Positions 32,410 to 41,664 of a DNA stretch of 64,000 bases are shown piece after piece; the stretch's first letter is position 1, and every line of letters begins with the position of its first letter. The position numbers and the translations under genes are program-made. This stretch comes from an uncultured Candidatus Binatia bacterium. Its GTDB lineage: Bacteria; Desulfobacterota; Binatia; UBA9968; JAJDTQ01. The notes under the pieces were generated by a model. The model was given only the letters and a program-made list of their open reading frames with translations, searched no databases and was not told the DNA's origin. The stretch spans positions 3,584,001-3,648,000 of the forward strand of contig OZ251459.1 in the NCBI GenBank assembly GCA_965242525.1, written 5' to 3'.

Positions 32410-33570
32410 ATGAGCGCCATCAGCTTCATCGCCGACACGAAGGAAGACGCCGCCTTTCGACAGGAGGTGCGGCGCTGGCTGGCGGAGAACCTGCCGCCGG
32501 AGTTGCAGGGCTGGTCCACCCGCCCGCCGCCCGAGATGATCCGGCCCTGGCAGCGCAAGCTGTACGACCGCGGCTGGATCGCGCCCAACTGGCCGAAGCA
32601 GTACGGCGGCATGGAGGCCAGCCTCAACCAGCAGCTCATCCTCCAGGAGGAGTTCGGCCGGGCGGGCGCGCCAGTGCTGTCCCGGCAGGCGGTGGGGCAC
32701 ATCGGCCCGATCCTGATACGCCACGGCACCGAGGCGCAGAAGGCCGAGCACCTGCCCAGGATGCTCTCGGGCGAGGCCCTCTGGTGCCAAGGCTATTCCG
32801 AGCCGGGGGCCGGATCGGACCTGGCCAGCCTGCGCACCCGGGGGGAGATCGACGGCGACCACATCGTCATCAACGGCCACAAGATCTGGACCACCTGGGG
32901 GCACCACGCCGACTGGATGTACGCGCTGGTCCGCACCGACCCGGATGCGCCCAGGAAGCAACTGGGCATCTCCATGGTGCTCATCGACCTCAAGACTCCG
33001 GGCATCACCATCCGCCCCATCCGGACGCTGGCCGACGACGAGGAGTTCGCCGAAGAGTTCTTCGACGACGTGCGCGTGCCCCGGACCAACCTGGTGGGCG
33101 AACTGAACGACGGGTGGCGCGTGGCCAAGGCGCTGCTCGACTCGGAGCGGCTCGGCAACGCCAACCCGCAGTTGGCCATCGACGTGCTGGACCGGGTGCG
33201 CAAGGTCGCCGGGGCCACAGGCGTCCTCGACGACCCGGCGTTCCGGGACCGGCTCACCCAGGCCGAGCTCGACGTGCTCGCCCAGTCCGCGGTCTTCGCC
33301 CACGCCGTCCAGATGGCCAAGGCCGGCATGGAGGTCGGCGCGGACTCGTCCTTCATCAAGATCGTCTCCACCGACGTCGTGCAACGGATCGCCGACCTGC
33401 TGCTGGACGCCGCGGGCGAGCACGGGGCCGAAGCCGGGCCGCTGGACACGCCGGACGGCCCGGTGGACGTCTCGGTCCTGTGGCGCGAGGTCCGGCGCAT
33501 CTCCATATTCGCCGGAACCAGCGAGATCCAGCGCAACGTCACAGCCAAGCGGGTCCTGGGCCTGCCCTGA
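32410..33570 (+). CDS. Acyl-CoA dehydrogenase family protein
   Basis: WCQGYSEPGAGSDLASL, NGHKIWT, GTSEIQRN. Confidence 0.9.
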   Translation: MSAISFIADTKEDAAFRQEVRRWLAENLPPELQGWSTRPPPEMIRPWQRKLYDRGWIAPNWPKQYGGMEASLNQQLILQEEFGRAGAPVLSRQAVGHIGPILIRHGTEAQKAEHLPRMLSGEALWCQGYSEPGAGSDLASLRTRGEIDGDHIVINGHKIWTTWGHHADWMYALVRTDPDAPRKQLGISMVLIDLKTPGITIRPIRTLADDEEFAEEFFDDVRVPRTNLVGELNDGWRVAKALLDSERLGNANPQLAIDVLDRVRKVAGATGVLDDPAFRDRLTQAELDVLAQSAVFAHAVQMAKAGMEVGADSSFIKIVSTDVVQRIADLLLDAAGEHGAEAGPLDTPDGPVDVSVLWREVRRISIFAGTSEIQRNVTAKRVLGLP

Positions 33571-33586
33571 GGACACGGCTCCGGGG

Positions 33587-34354
33587 CTACCGGATACCGG
33601 GACCCGTCCGGCGCTTTTCTTCCGCTGCCTTCCAGCCGTCCCGGGCGTACCATTCGACCTGCCGGAACAGGCCGCTCAGTATCTTCACGTCGCGCTCCTC
33701 CAGGCCGGCGCGGCCGAGGATGCGGCGCAAGGCCAGCAGGATGTGCTCGGGGTTCTGCGGGTCGAGGAACCCCACTTCGAGGAGGGTCTCCCTCATGCGG
33801 TCGAACAAGGCCTCCACGGCCTCCGCGGGCGCGCGGTCGAGGGGGTCGCTCGGCCCCGGGTCCAGGGCCGCCACGTAGATCTCATAGAGGCACACCATGA
33901 CCGCCTGGGCCAGGTTGAGGGACGGTTGCTGCGGGTGGCTCGGAATGGTGACGAGCCGATGGCAATGCCTGATGTCCAGGTTGCTGAGCCCGTTGTCCTC
34001 CGGCCCGAAGACGAGGGCGGCCGGCTTGGCGTCGGCGCCCCGGACGGACGCCACCAAGTCCCGGGCCGCCTCCCGCGGCGGCCGCACATGGTCCCTGTAC
34101 AGGCCCTTGCGGCACGTGGTCCCCACCACCAGGCCGCAGTCCGCCACCGCTTCGCGTATGGTGTCGAACCGCCGCGCCCGCTCCAGCACGTCCTCGGCGT
34201 GAGCGGCCATGGCCCGGGCCATGAAGCTCCGGGTGCGCCCCCCGCCCACCAGCGCCAAGTCGCACAGGCCGGTATTCTTCATGGCCCGGGCCACCGACCC
34301 GATGTTGCCGGACCCCTTGGGCCGCACCAGGATCACACGGATATTGTCGAGCAT
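33587..34354 (-). CDS. trmJ: SPOUT RNA methyltransferase, TrmJ family
   Basis: GNIGSVARAMKN, FGPEDNGL, SLNLAQAV. Confidence 0.82.
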   Translation of the reverse strand: MLDNIRVILVRPKGSGNIGSVARAMKNTGLCDLALVGGGRTRSFMARAMAAHAEDVLERARRFDTIREAVADCGLVVGTTCRKGLYRDHVRPPREAARDLVASVRGADAKPAALVFGPEDNGLSNLDIRHCHRLVTIPSHPQQPSLNLAQAVMVCLYEIYVAALDPGPSDPLDRAPAEAVEALFDRMRETLLEVGFLDPQNPEHILLALRRILGRAGLEERDVKILSGLFRQVEWYARDGWKAAEEKRRTGPGIR

Positions 34355-34440
34355 CCTTCCGAATCTCACTCCCGCTGAACGGGCGCGCCGCGGGTCACGG
34401 CAACCGAAGCCGTTCGACAGGCATCCTCAAACCGTACTCA

Positions 34441-34608
34441 GGAACCTCTGAACAATCCGGACAGGGGCATGAGCGCGTCCTTCGACTTCGCTTCGCTCAG
34501 GATGAATGGGGGACTTCGCTTCGCTACGCTCAGGACGAACGGGGACAAGGGCGTCAGGGTGAGGGAATCGGGAATCCATCCCGGATGTCTCGATTGTCCA
34601 GAGGTTCC
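34441..34608 (+). mobile_element. Family B MITE (168 bp)
   Basis: GGAACCTCTGAACAATC ... GATTGTCCAGAGGTTCC; close match to 2833-3000; no exact TSD. Confidence 0.82.
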
Positions 34609-34609
34609 A

Positions 34610-35350
34610 TTACTCGGAGCGGCGCCGGGACCGGGCGATCATCGCCTTGAGGTCGTCCAGGGGGACGGCGCCGCCGACCACTTGGTCGCCGACGATGAGC
34701 GCGGGAGTCCCGTCGATGCCCAGGGCTTCGGCGAGTTTGCGGTTCCTGCCGATGGCGTCGAGGATCTCCGGGGCCTGCATGTCCTGGCTCAGGCGGCCGG
34801 TGTCCAGACCCACGGACCGGGCCACGGTCATGATGGCCTGCTCGCTCAGGGGTCCCTCCGCGGCCATCAGCGCCTCGTGGAGCTCGCGGTAGCCTCCCTG
34901 GGTCCTCGCCGCGAGCGCGGCGCGGGCCGCGGTGAACGACTCCTCGCCGAGGATGGGGAGTTCCTTGTAGATGACCCGGACCTGTGGGTCCTGTTCCGTG
35001 ATTTGGCCGAGCACCGGCGCGAAACGCCGGCAGTAGCCGCAACGGTAATCGAAGAACTCCACCACGGTCACGTCCCCGCGGGGGTTGCCTCCCACGGGCG
35101 AGTCAGGGTCTGCGAATATCTCCTCGCGGTGCTCCCGGACCGCGGCCCGGCTGCGTTGGGCCTGTTCCTCGCGCGCCTTGGCCCGGTAACGTTCCACCGC
35201 GTCCAGGATTACCTTGGGGTCCCTGAGCAGGTACTCGCGGACGATCTTCTCGATCTCCTCCACCGACCGCTGCCCCGCGGCCTGGTCCGCGGCTGCGGCC
35301 GCGGTCATGCCCAGGAAGAAGACCAGCACACACCCTGAGAAACGTAGCAT
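34610..35350 (-). CDS. DsbA-family thioredoxin (ScsC/Com1-like)
   Basis: Signal peptide; VREYLL.DP, VEFFDYRCGYC, KELPIL, GTP. Confidence 0.88.
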   Translation of the reverse strand: MLRFSGCVLVFFLGMTAAAAADQAAGQRSVEEIEKIVREYLLRDPKVILDAVERYRAKAREEQAQRSRAAVREHREEIFADPDSPVGGNPRGDVTVVEFFDYRCGYCRRFAPVLGQITEQDPQVRVIYKELPILGEESFTAARAALAARTQGGYRELHEALMAAEGPLSEQAIMTVARSVGLDTGRLSQDMQAPEILDAIGRNRKLAEALGIDGTPALIVGDQVVGGAVPLDDLKAMIARSRRRSE

Positions 35351-35521
35351 CGAGCACCCTCCTTGATGAATCGAGTCGGATCGAGTCGGTCCTGCACCCA
35401 TGCGGTCACTCTACGCGAGAACGCCCGGCCGCGCCACCCTTGCCGCACACCGCACCGGGTCGCCCGTGCCCTGCTCGCGCAGCTCCCGCGGCTGCTCATG
35501 TCCTGCCGTGTTGGAAAGGGG

Positions 35522-35827
35522 GACGCTTCAGGAATTCGTGTGAGTTGCGACACTCTCCATCCCGTCATCCCCGCGAAAGCCCCGACTCGTCATTCCCGCG
35601 AAAGCATGTCCTCGCGGAAGCGGGGGCGGGAATCCAGACCTTGCGAGCAAACCCCATGGCGCCCTGTATGAGAGGGTTGTACAACGAGAGCGAGGAAAGC
35701 GGATGGATTCCCGCTTTCGCGGGAATGACGGAGGGTGGGGCGTTTGCGGGAATGACGGGGGTGAGCGTCCGCGGTGATGTCGCTTCCCTTTCCCTCCTAC
35801 CTTACCCACAAGAAAGCCGGAAGAACC
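35522..35827. mobile_element. Family A element (internally deleted)
   Basis: GACGCTTCAGGAATTCGTGTGAG ... REPs ... RGLYNESEE remnant ... CCCACAAGAAAGCCGGAAGAACC. Confidence 0.78.
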
Positions 35828-35907
35828 AAAAGGGGAAGGTCCGGGCAAACCCGTGTCCGGGACAGGCTCCCGGCTCGTGACCCGGCGTGAACCCGTTCGC
35901 TCAGCCG

Positions 35908-36576
35908 TTATCCGCCCAGCAACCAGAACAAAACCGCTGCCAACAACACTGCGCCCAGACAGCCCCACGCGCAACCTGATCCCGCTTCGCTCCATTCCCG
36001 CCAAGTTTCAGTTGCACGCCGTTCCTGGCGTTCCACCCAAGCCTCCAGGTTAGCACGCTGTGGAGAGTCCGTGATTTCGAACTTGAACTCCAACGTTACC
36101 TTGCCGGTGGTTGGAAGCCCTCGTCTTTCCAACGTGGCCACGGGGTCGCGCAGCGCTTCCGTGATTTCCCTTAGCATCCTCCGGATCTGGTTGAGCAGAT
36201 GGCGATGCATGTCGGCCAGCAGTCCCCGGACGACGTCGGCTTTCGGATCGTTACGCCAGGCGCGCACCTCGTCGAGGTTCTTTCGCGTGTGGTTGAGGAT
36301 CACCTCGATCCGACCCACGGACGAGAACACTTCCGCAGCGGCAGCTTCTCCTCCCAGGAGATAGTCCAGACGCGTGAACTCGTCGGACAGACGCCCGACA
36401 AGGTCATGGTAACGTTCCGTGTGATCGCATATGGCGTCCACCAAGTCGGCAGGCGCCGCAACGGATCTGCCGAACGTCTCCTCTCGTTCGGGCCCTTCGG
36501 GGAACTTCGTCAGCAAGCGTCCGGCAGCTTCGCAAAGGGCGCGAAGCGTAGGCGGCAGCGGTGAATCGTCGCTCAT
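35908..36576 (-). CDS. Hypothetical helical protein with C-terminal transmembrane anchor
   Basis: 222-aa ORF ending GCAWGCLGAVLLAAVLFWLLGG; starts 25 nt after the HIRAN gene. Confidence 0.65.
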   Translation of the reverse strand: MSDDSPLPPTLRALCEAAGRLLTKFPEGPEREETFGRSVAAPADLVDAICDHTERYHDLVGRLSDEFTRLDYLLGGEAAAAEVFSSVGRIEVILNHTRKNLDEVRAWRNDPKADVVRGLLADMHRHLLNQIRRMLREITEALRDPVATLERRGLPTTGKVTLEFKFEITDSPQRANLEAWVERQERRATETWREWSEAGSGCAWGCLGAVLLAAVLFWLLGG

Positions 36577-36601
36577 GGCGCCTCACGCCCTTCGAGCCGG
36601 C

Positions 36602-37027
36602 TTACGCCTGGACGCGGGCGGCGATGGAGATCCCCACCCGTTTCCAGGGGTCCTGTGACTGCCGCAGTCGCGCGACCCGGGCCGAGAGCGACTCCCCGCG
36701 GTCCATCATCTGCGCCACCGCGGTGTTGGCCACACGGGGGACGTAACCGAGCTTGGCGTCGCCCCAGTACACGGCGACCGCCTGCCCGTCGTAGGGGTTG
36801 TCCCGCTCGCGCAGGAGACGCAGCGAATCGCCCTCGGAAAGACGGGGCCACACGGTCTCTCCGTCGTGGTACTGGAACCCGGCCACGGGGCTCTCCTGGA
36901 CCAGCAGTTCGCGGACGGTCTCCCTGCCGCGCAGCCGGCCGGACTGCATGGATTCCCGTGCGTGGCCCACGAAGGGGAGCGCCACGAACCCGGTGACCAG
37001 GGAATTGAGAAAACGTCTGCGCTTCAT
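36602..37027 (-). CDS. HIRAN domain protein with Tat-like signal peptide
   Basis: MKRRRFL + hydrophobic stretch + GHA; VAGFQYH, L.RERDNPYD..AVAV, KLGYVPR; RBS GAGGAGGAGG. Confidence 0.85.
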   Translation of the reverse strand: MKRRRFLNSLVTGFVALPFVGHARESMQSGRLRGRETVRELLVQESPVAGFQYHDGETVWPRLSEGDSLRLLRERDNPYDGQAVAVYWGDAKLGYVPRVANTAVAQMMDRGESLSARVARLRQSQDPWKRVGISIAARVQA

Positions 37028-37044
37028 GGCGCAATCCTCCTCCT

Positions 37045-37099
37045 CGTCGAAGTATCGACGTCCTCATACTAATCCCCCCGGTGTCTCACTACGTGAGCC
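37045..37099 (-). promoter_or_regulatory. Candidate WYL-dependent promoter of the HIRAN gene
   Basis: Palindrome CTCAC-TAC-GTGAG (37085-37097); -10-like TAGTAT (37071-37066); second palindrome CGTCGA-AGTA-TCGACG (37045-37060). Confidence 0.5.
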
Positions 37100-37155
37100 T
37101 GCAAGCGAAAAATTCGCAGCGCCGGACCCGCCTCCGCGGGCCGGAACCTCCCGGC

Positions 37156-38133
37156 TCAGCTTCGCTCGTACCGCTCCAGCGCCGCGGCCAGCCTCGCGCG
37201 TATTTCCCTCCGGAGGCTCGCCGGGCGCACCACTTCCACGTGGGGGCCATGCTTGAGGATGTCCATCACCAGTTCCCGGGGGTCGTTGTAGGGGACGCGC
37301 AACTCGAACCTGCCGTCTTCCCGGAAGCGGCCCTGCTGGTCCCGGTGCCAGTGCTCCTCGGCCACCCATCGGGCGCGTTCGGGCGAGAACGACAGCACCG
37401 CGGTATTGCGGGGGGAACCCGAGAAGATGCCGTAGGCGCCCGCAAAATGCCGGTCCAAGCGCTCGTCGTCGATGTCCACCGCGGTCTCGCCCGTGTCCCG
37501 GCCCTTCCGGATCCGGTCCAGCGAGAAGCTGCGCAACCCCCGCCGGGTATGGCACCAGGCGTCCAGGTACCAGTTGTCCCGGTAGTGGACCAGGCGTTGG
37601 GGGGACACCGTGCGTTGGGTGGCGGCGTCCCGTTCCCGCCCGTGATAGAGCATGGACAGCCGCCGCCGCTGCATCAGGGCGCCGGCAACGAGTATGAACG
37701 TATGGGGAGAGGCGGCGCGCGAGGCCATGGAAAGGATCCGCACGCGCCGGGTCACGTCGCCCCTGCCCAGGCGCTCGTGGGCGAGAAGGTGCTCGATGCG
37801 GTCGCGCAGCGGAGCGATGAAACCGTCCAGCAGTCCCGGCTCGACGCCGGCCAGGAGCTTCTGGGCGGCGAGCAGGGCGTGGAGCTCGGAGGCGTTGAAC
37901 CAGAGTCCGGGGAGCTCGTAGGCGTGCTCGCCGTCCTTCTCGTCGTAGTAGTAGCCGTTGCGCCGGCGGTCGTACCGGAGCGGCGCCCACAACAAGTCCC
38001 GGAGGTCCTCGATGGCTCGGTTGACCGTCGCCCGTGAGCATTCGAGGTTTTCCTCCAGGGTCTTGCGCGGGACCGGACCGCGGGAACCCCGAAGGATTCG
38101 ATGGAGCAGGTAGATGCGGTCGAAACGGTCCAT
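37156..38133 (-). CDS. HTH-WYL-WCX transcriptional regulator (YafY/PafB-like)
   Basis: N-terminal HTH (LECSRATVNRAIEDLRD), RTVSPQRLVHYRDNWYLDAWCH, RSFSLDRI, WH..Q, DILKHG. Confidence 0.92.
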   Translation of the reverse strand: MDRFDRIYLLHRILRGSRGPVPRKTLEENLECSRATVNRAIEDLRDLLWAPLRYDRRRNGYYYDEKDGEHAYELPGLWFNASELHALLAAQKLLAGVEPGLLDGFIAPLRDRIEHLLAHERLGRGDVTRRVRILSMASRAASPHTFILVAGALMQRRRLSMLYHGRERDAATQRTVSPQRLVHYRDNWYLDAWCHTRRGLRSFSLDRIRKGRDTGETAVDIDDERLDRHFAGAYGIFSGSPRNTAVLSFSPERARWVAEEHWHRDQQGRFREDGRFELRVPYNDPRELVMDILKHGPHVEVVRPASLRREIRARLAAALERYERS

Positions 38134-38166
38134 CTTGCGCGACTCCTGATGCGGCAGGGCGGCGCC

Positions 38167-39555
38167 CTACGCGCCATAGACCACTCCCGGCAGCCACGTG
38201 ACCAGTTCCGGCCAGAACCACAACAGCAGCAGCGTCAGGAGCTGGATGAGGATGAAGGGGAACGCGCCCCTGTAGATCTGCATGGTGGTGACCGAGGGCG
38301 GCGCCACCCCTCTCAGGTAGAAGAGCGCGAAACCGAAGGGCGGCGTGAGGAACGAGGTTTGCAGGTTGATGGCGATCATGACCCCGAGCCACACCGGGTC
38401 GAGTCCCATCTGGAGCAGGATCGGCCCCACGATGGGCACCACCACGAAGGTGATCTCGAAGAAGTCGAGGAAGAACCCCATGAGGAACATGACCGCCATG
38501 ACCAGCAGGAAGGCGGTCAGCAGCCCTCCCGGCAACTGCGTCAGGAAGTCCTGCACCAGTTCGTCGCCCTCGTAGCCCCGGAAGACCAGCGAGAACATGC
38601 TCGCCCCCAGGAGGATGACGAACACCATGCAGTTGATCTGCGTGGTGCTCCGCATGACCTCCTTCAGCACGGGGAGGCGCAACTGCTTCTTGACCGCCGC
38701 CAGCGCCAGCGCCCCCATGCAGCCCACGGACGCGGCTTCGGTGGGCGTCGCCACCCCGCCCAGGATCGAGCCGAGCACGCCCACGATGAGGAGGATCGGC
38801 GGGACCAGGACCTTGAAGGTGCGCAGGAGGAGCTCCCGCGGGCTCACCAGCGCCCGCTCCGCCGCCGGGATGGCGGGCGCCATGTGCGGCTTCAGGAACG
38901 CGAGGACGCCGATGTAGAGGATGTAGAGGGACACCAGCACCAGGCCCGGAAAGATCGCCCCTACGAACAGGTCCCCCACCGAGACCGAGCCCGGCGAGTA
39001 GTTGCCCAGGGCCAGTTGCGCCTGCTGGTGGGCCGAGCTCATGACGTCGCCCAGGATGACCAGGATGATGCTGGGGGGGATGATCTGCCCCAGGGTGCCG
39101 GACGCGGTGATGATCCCCGTGGCCAGCGAGGGGTCGTAGCGGTAGCGGAGCAGCGCCGGCAGCGAGATGAGCCCCATGGTGACCACGGTGGCGCCGACGA
39201 TGCCGGTGGACGCGGCCAGCAGGGCGCCGACCACGCAGATGGAGATGCCGAGGCCGCCCTTGATGTTGCCGAACAGGAGGCCCATGGTGGTGAGCAACTC
39301 TTCCGAGATCCGCGACCGCTCCAGCATGACGCCCATGAAGATGAACAGCGGGATGGCGATCAGCGTCTCGTTGCCCATGATGCCGTAGATGCGCTGGGGG
39401 AACGCGCTGAGGAAGACGAGGTCGAAGTGGCCCGTCCAGGCGCCGATGAGGGCGAAGGCGATGGCCGCGCCCGAGAGGCTGAAGGCCACGGGGTAGCCCA
39501 TCATCAGGACCGCCACCGTGACGAGGAACATGAGGAGCGGCAGCCAGGTCTCCAC
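38167..39555 (-). CDS. TRAP transporter large permease (DctM)
   Basis: AIPLFIFMG, ASTGIVGATV, GTLGQIIPPSI, ATPTEAA, LTPPFG. Confidence 0.93.
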   Translation of the reverse strand: METWLPLLMFLVTVAVLMMGYPVAFSLSGAAIAFALIGAWTGHFDLVFLSAFPQRIYGIMGNETLIAIPLFIFMGVMLERSRISEELLTTMGLLFGNIKGGLGISICVVGALLAASTGIVGATVVTMGLISLPALLRYRYDPSLATGIITASGTLGQIIPPSIILVILGDVMSSAHQQAQLALGNYSPGSVSVGDLFVGAIFPGLVLVSLYILYIGVLAFLKPHMAPAIPAAERALVSPRELLLRTFKVLVPPILLIVGVLGSILGGVATPTEAASVGCMGALALAAVKKQLRLPVLKEVMRSTTQINCMVFVILLGASMFSLVFRGYEGDELVQDFLTQLPGGLLTAFLLVMAVMFLMGFFLDFFEITFVVVPIVGPILLQMGLDPVWLGVMIAINLQTSFLTPPFGFALFYLRGVAPPSVTTMQIYRGAFPFILIQLLTLLLLWFWPELVTWLPGVVYGA

Positions 39556-39570
39556 GCAGGCTCTCCCGCG

Positions 39571-40107
39571 CTAGCGGGTCTCCTCGGGAGAAGGCGCCGG
39601 GCCGCCGGCCAGCACCAGGAGGCTGCGGGCCGCCTGGGACAGCCCCTGGAGGCCTAGCAGCGCCGCGGCGAGCAACAGGACGGACTTCAGCAGGAACACG
39701 CCGGGGAGGCCGCCGGCCTCCTTCGATCCCTCGAACACCTTCCAGGACTCCGCCACGTAGGGGTAGCCGTAGTACAGGATCAGGAAACAGGTGGGCAGGA
39801 CCAGCAGCAGGGCGCCCAGCAGGTCCACCGCGGCCTTGTACGCCGGGCCCTTCGGGCGGTAGAGGATATCCACCCGCACGTGGCCTTCCTTGAGCAGTGT
39901 GTAGCCTGCGGCCAGCATGAACAGGACGCCGTGCATGAAGACCACCGACTCCTGCATCCAGATCCACCCCGTGTTGAAGCCGTAACGCAGCGTCACCACG
40001 ATGAACGTCACCACCGCCATGGCCAGGGTGAGCCACGCCGCGGCGCGCCCCACGCAATCGTTCAACGCGTCGAGCCGGACTACGAGGGTATGCAGCACGG
40101 TCTTCAT
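39571..40107 (-). CDS. TRAP transporter small permease (DctQ)
   Basis: 4 TM segments; GHVRVDILY, GSKEAGGLP. Confidence 0.9.
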   Translation of the reverse strand: MKTVLHTLVVRLDALNDCVGRAAAWLTLAMAVVTFIVVTLRYGFNTGWIWMQESVVFMHGVLFMLAAGYTLLKEGHVRVDILYRPKGPAYKAAVDLLGALLLVLPTCFLILYYGYPYVAESWKVFEGSKEAGGLPGVFLLKSVLLLAAALLGLQGLSQAARSLLVLAGGPAPSPEETR

Positions 40108-40231
40108 GGTCGGACGCTCCGGGAGCCCGTCCGCTCGAGGTCCCGGACCGGAGGGCCGCAGGGAGGATGGGACCGCCTCCGGGCCGGGCCGACGCGCGAG
40201 GGCGCCGACCCGGCCCGGGGCGCGCGGGTCT

Positions 40232-41326
40232 TCAGCCCTTGACGGCCAGGCTTCTCGCGGCGCTGAAGCCGGCTTCCCCGATCCGGTTCCAGTTGGAGGA
40301 CTGGGCGCGGAACCTGTCGAAGGACTCGAACACGGCCCTGGAAGCGGGGTCCGCCTTGGCGGTCTCGGCCACCACCTCGAGGCTCAGGTCCGCCATCTTC
40401 TTGAGCACGGCCTCGGGGAACTTCCGCAGCTTGACCTTGTGCTTCTGCACCAGCTCCACCAGCGCCGCGTTGTTGCGCGCGGTGAACTCCGAGAACATGT
40501 CGTTGTAGGCCGCCTTGGTGGCCTGGGCCACCACCGCCTGCAAGTCCGCGGGCAACTCCTCGTAGGCCTTCCGGTTGACGAAGGCTTCCAGCACCGTGCC
40601 GGGCTCGTGCCAGCCGGGCCAGTAATAGTAGCTGGCGGCCTTGTAGAAGCCGAAGGCCAAGTCGTTGTAGGGACCCACCCACTCGGTGGCGTCGATGGCG
40701 CCGGATTGCAGCGACGGAAAGATCTCGCCGCCGGGCAGGTTCACCACCGTGGCCCCGGCCCGCTTGATGACCTCCCCGCCAAGCCCCGGCATGCGCATCT
40801 TGAGGCCCTTGTAGTCGTCCACCGACCCGATCTCCTTGTTGAACCACCCTCCCATCTGCACGCCGGTGTTGCCGGTGGCGAAGGGCTTGAGGTTGAAGTC
40901 GGCGTACAGGTCGTCCCACAGCTTCTGTCCGCCGCCGTAGTGGATCCAGCCGGCCATCTCGTCGGCGTTGAGCCCGAACGGGACCGCGGCGAAGAACTGC
41001 GCCGCGGGGCTCTTGCCCTTCCAGTAGTAGGCCGCGGCGTGCCCCATCTCCGCGGTCCCCTGGGACACCGCGTCGAAGGACTCGAAGGGAGGGACCAACT
41101 CGCCGCCGCCGAAGACCTTGACCGTCAGGCGTCCGCCGGACATCTTGCCCACGATGTCGGCCAGGTAGTTGGCGCCGGTGCCCAGGCCCGGAAAGTTCTT
41201 GGGCCAAGTGGTGACCATCTTCCAGCGGTAGGTCTTCTGGGCGTGCACCGCGGGGGCGCCGGAGACCAGCGCTCCCGTGGCCAGGCCCGCGGTTCCCAAC
41301 GTCTTGACGAACTGGCGTCGTTTCAT
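40232..41326 (-). CDS. TRAP substrate-binding protein (TakP-like)
   Basis: Tat signal; WKMVTTWP, GNTGVQMGGWF, KMRMPGLGG, EWVGPYND. Confidence 0.92.
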   Translation of the reverse strand: MKRRQFVKTLGTAGLATGALVSGAPAVHAQKTYRWKMVTTWPKNFPGLGTGANYLADIVGKMSGGRLTVKVFGGGELVPPFESFDAVSQGTAEMGHAAAYYWKGKSPAAQFFAAVPFGLNADEMAGWIHYGGGQKLWDDLYADFNLKPFATGNTGVQMGGWFNKEIGSVDDYKGLKMRMPGLGGEVIKRAGATVVNLPGGEIFPSLQSGAIDATEWVGPYNDLAFGFYKAASYYYWPGWHEPGTVLEAFVNRKAYEELPADLQAVVAQATKAAYNDMFSEFTARNNAALVELVQKHKVKLRKFPEAVLKKMADLSLEVVAETAKADPASRAVFESFDRFRAQSSNWNRIGEAGFSAARSLAVKG

Positions 41327-41664
41327 TTCCTTCCCTCCTTTTCGTTGTGGCCTCCCCGACCCGGGGACGGCGTCCGGCCGGCAAGGCGGCCGTCGGCCTT
41401 CCGGTCGAGGCGGATGGCGTCATACTAGAGAAACTCGTCGAATCGCGTCAAGTCCATGAAGGACCCGCGGCGCCCCCCCTCGACCCGGGGGTTATACGCT
41501 TGACCGGCCGGAATTTGCAAATCCACAACAGCGCTTGACACAGGGCCGGAAGGGAAGTTACGGAATAGCCGGGAAAGCACCGGGGCGAGCACACCGGAGG
41601 GAGGCGGCGGTGGCTGACTGGCTCAAGGCGTTCCCCGGCAACGAGAGCGCCGAAACCGAGATCG

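Noticed and set aside
34610-35350. Additional selenoproteins (DsbA, MOSC, ArsC)
   Set aside because: The active-site positions present are encoded as Cys, and no in-frame UGA was seen
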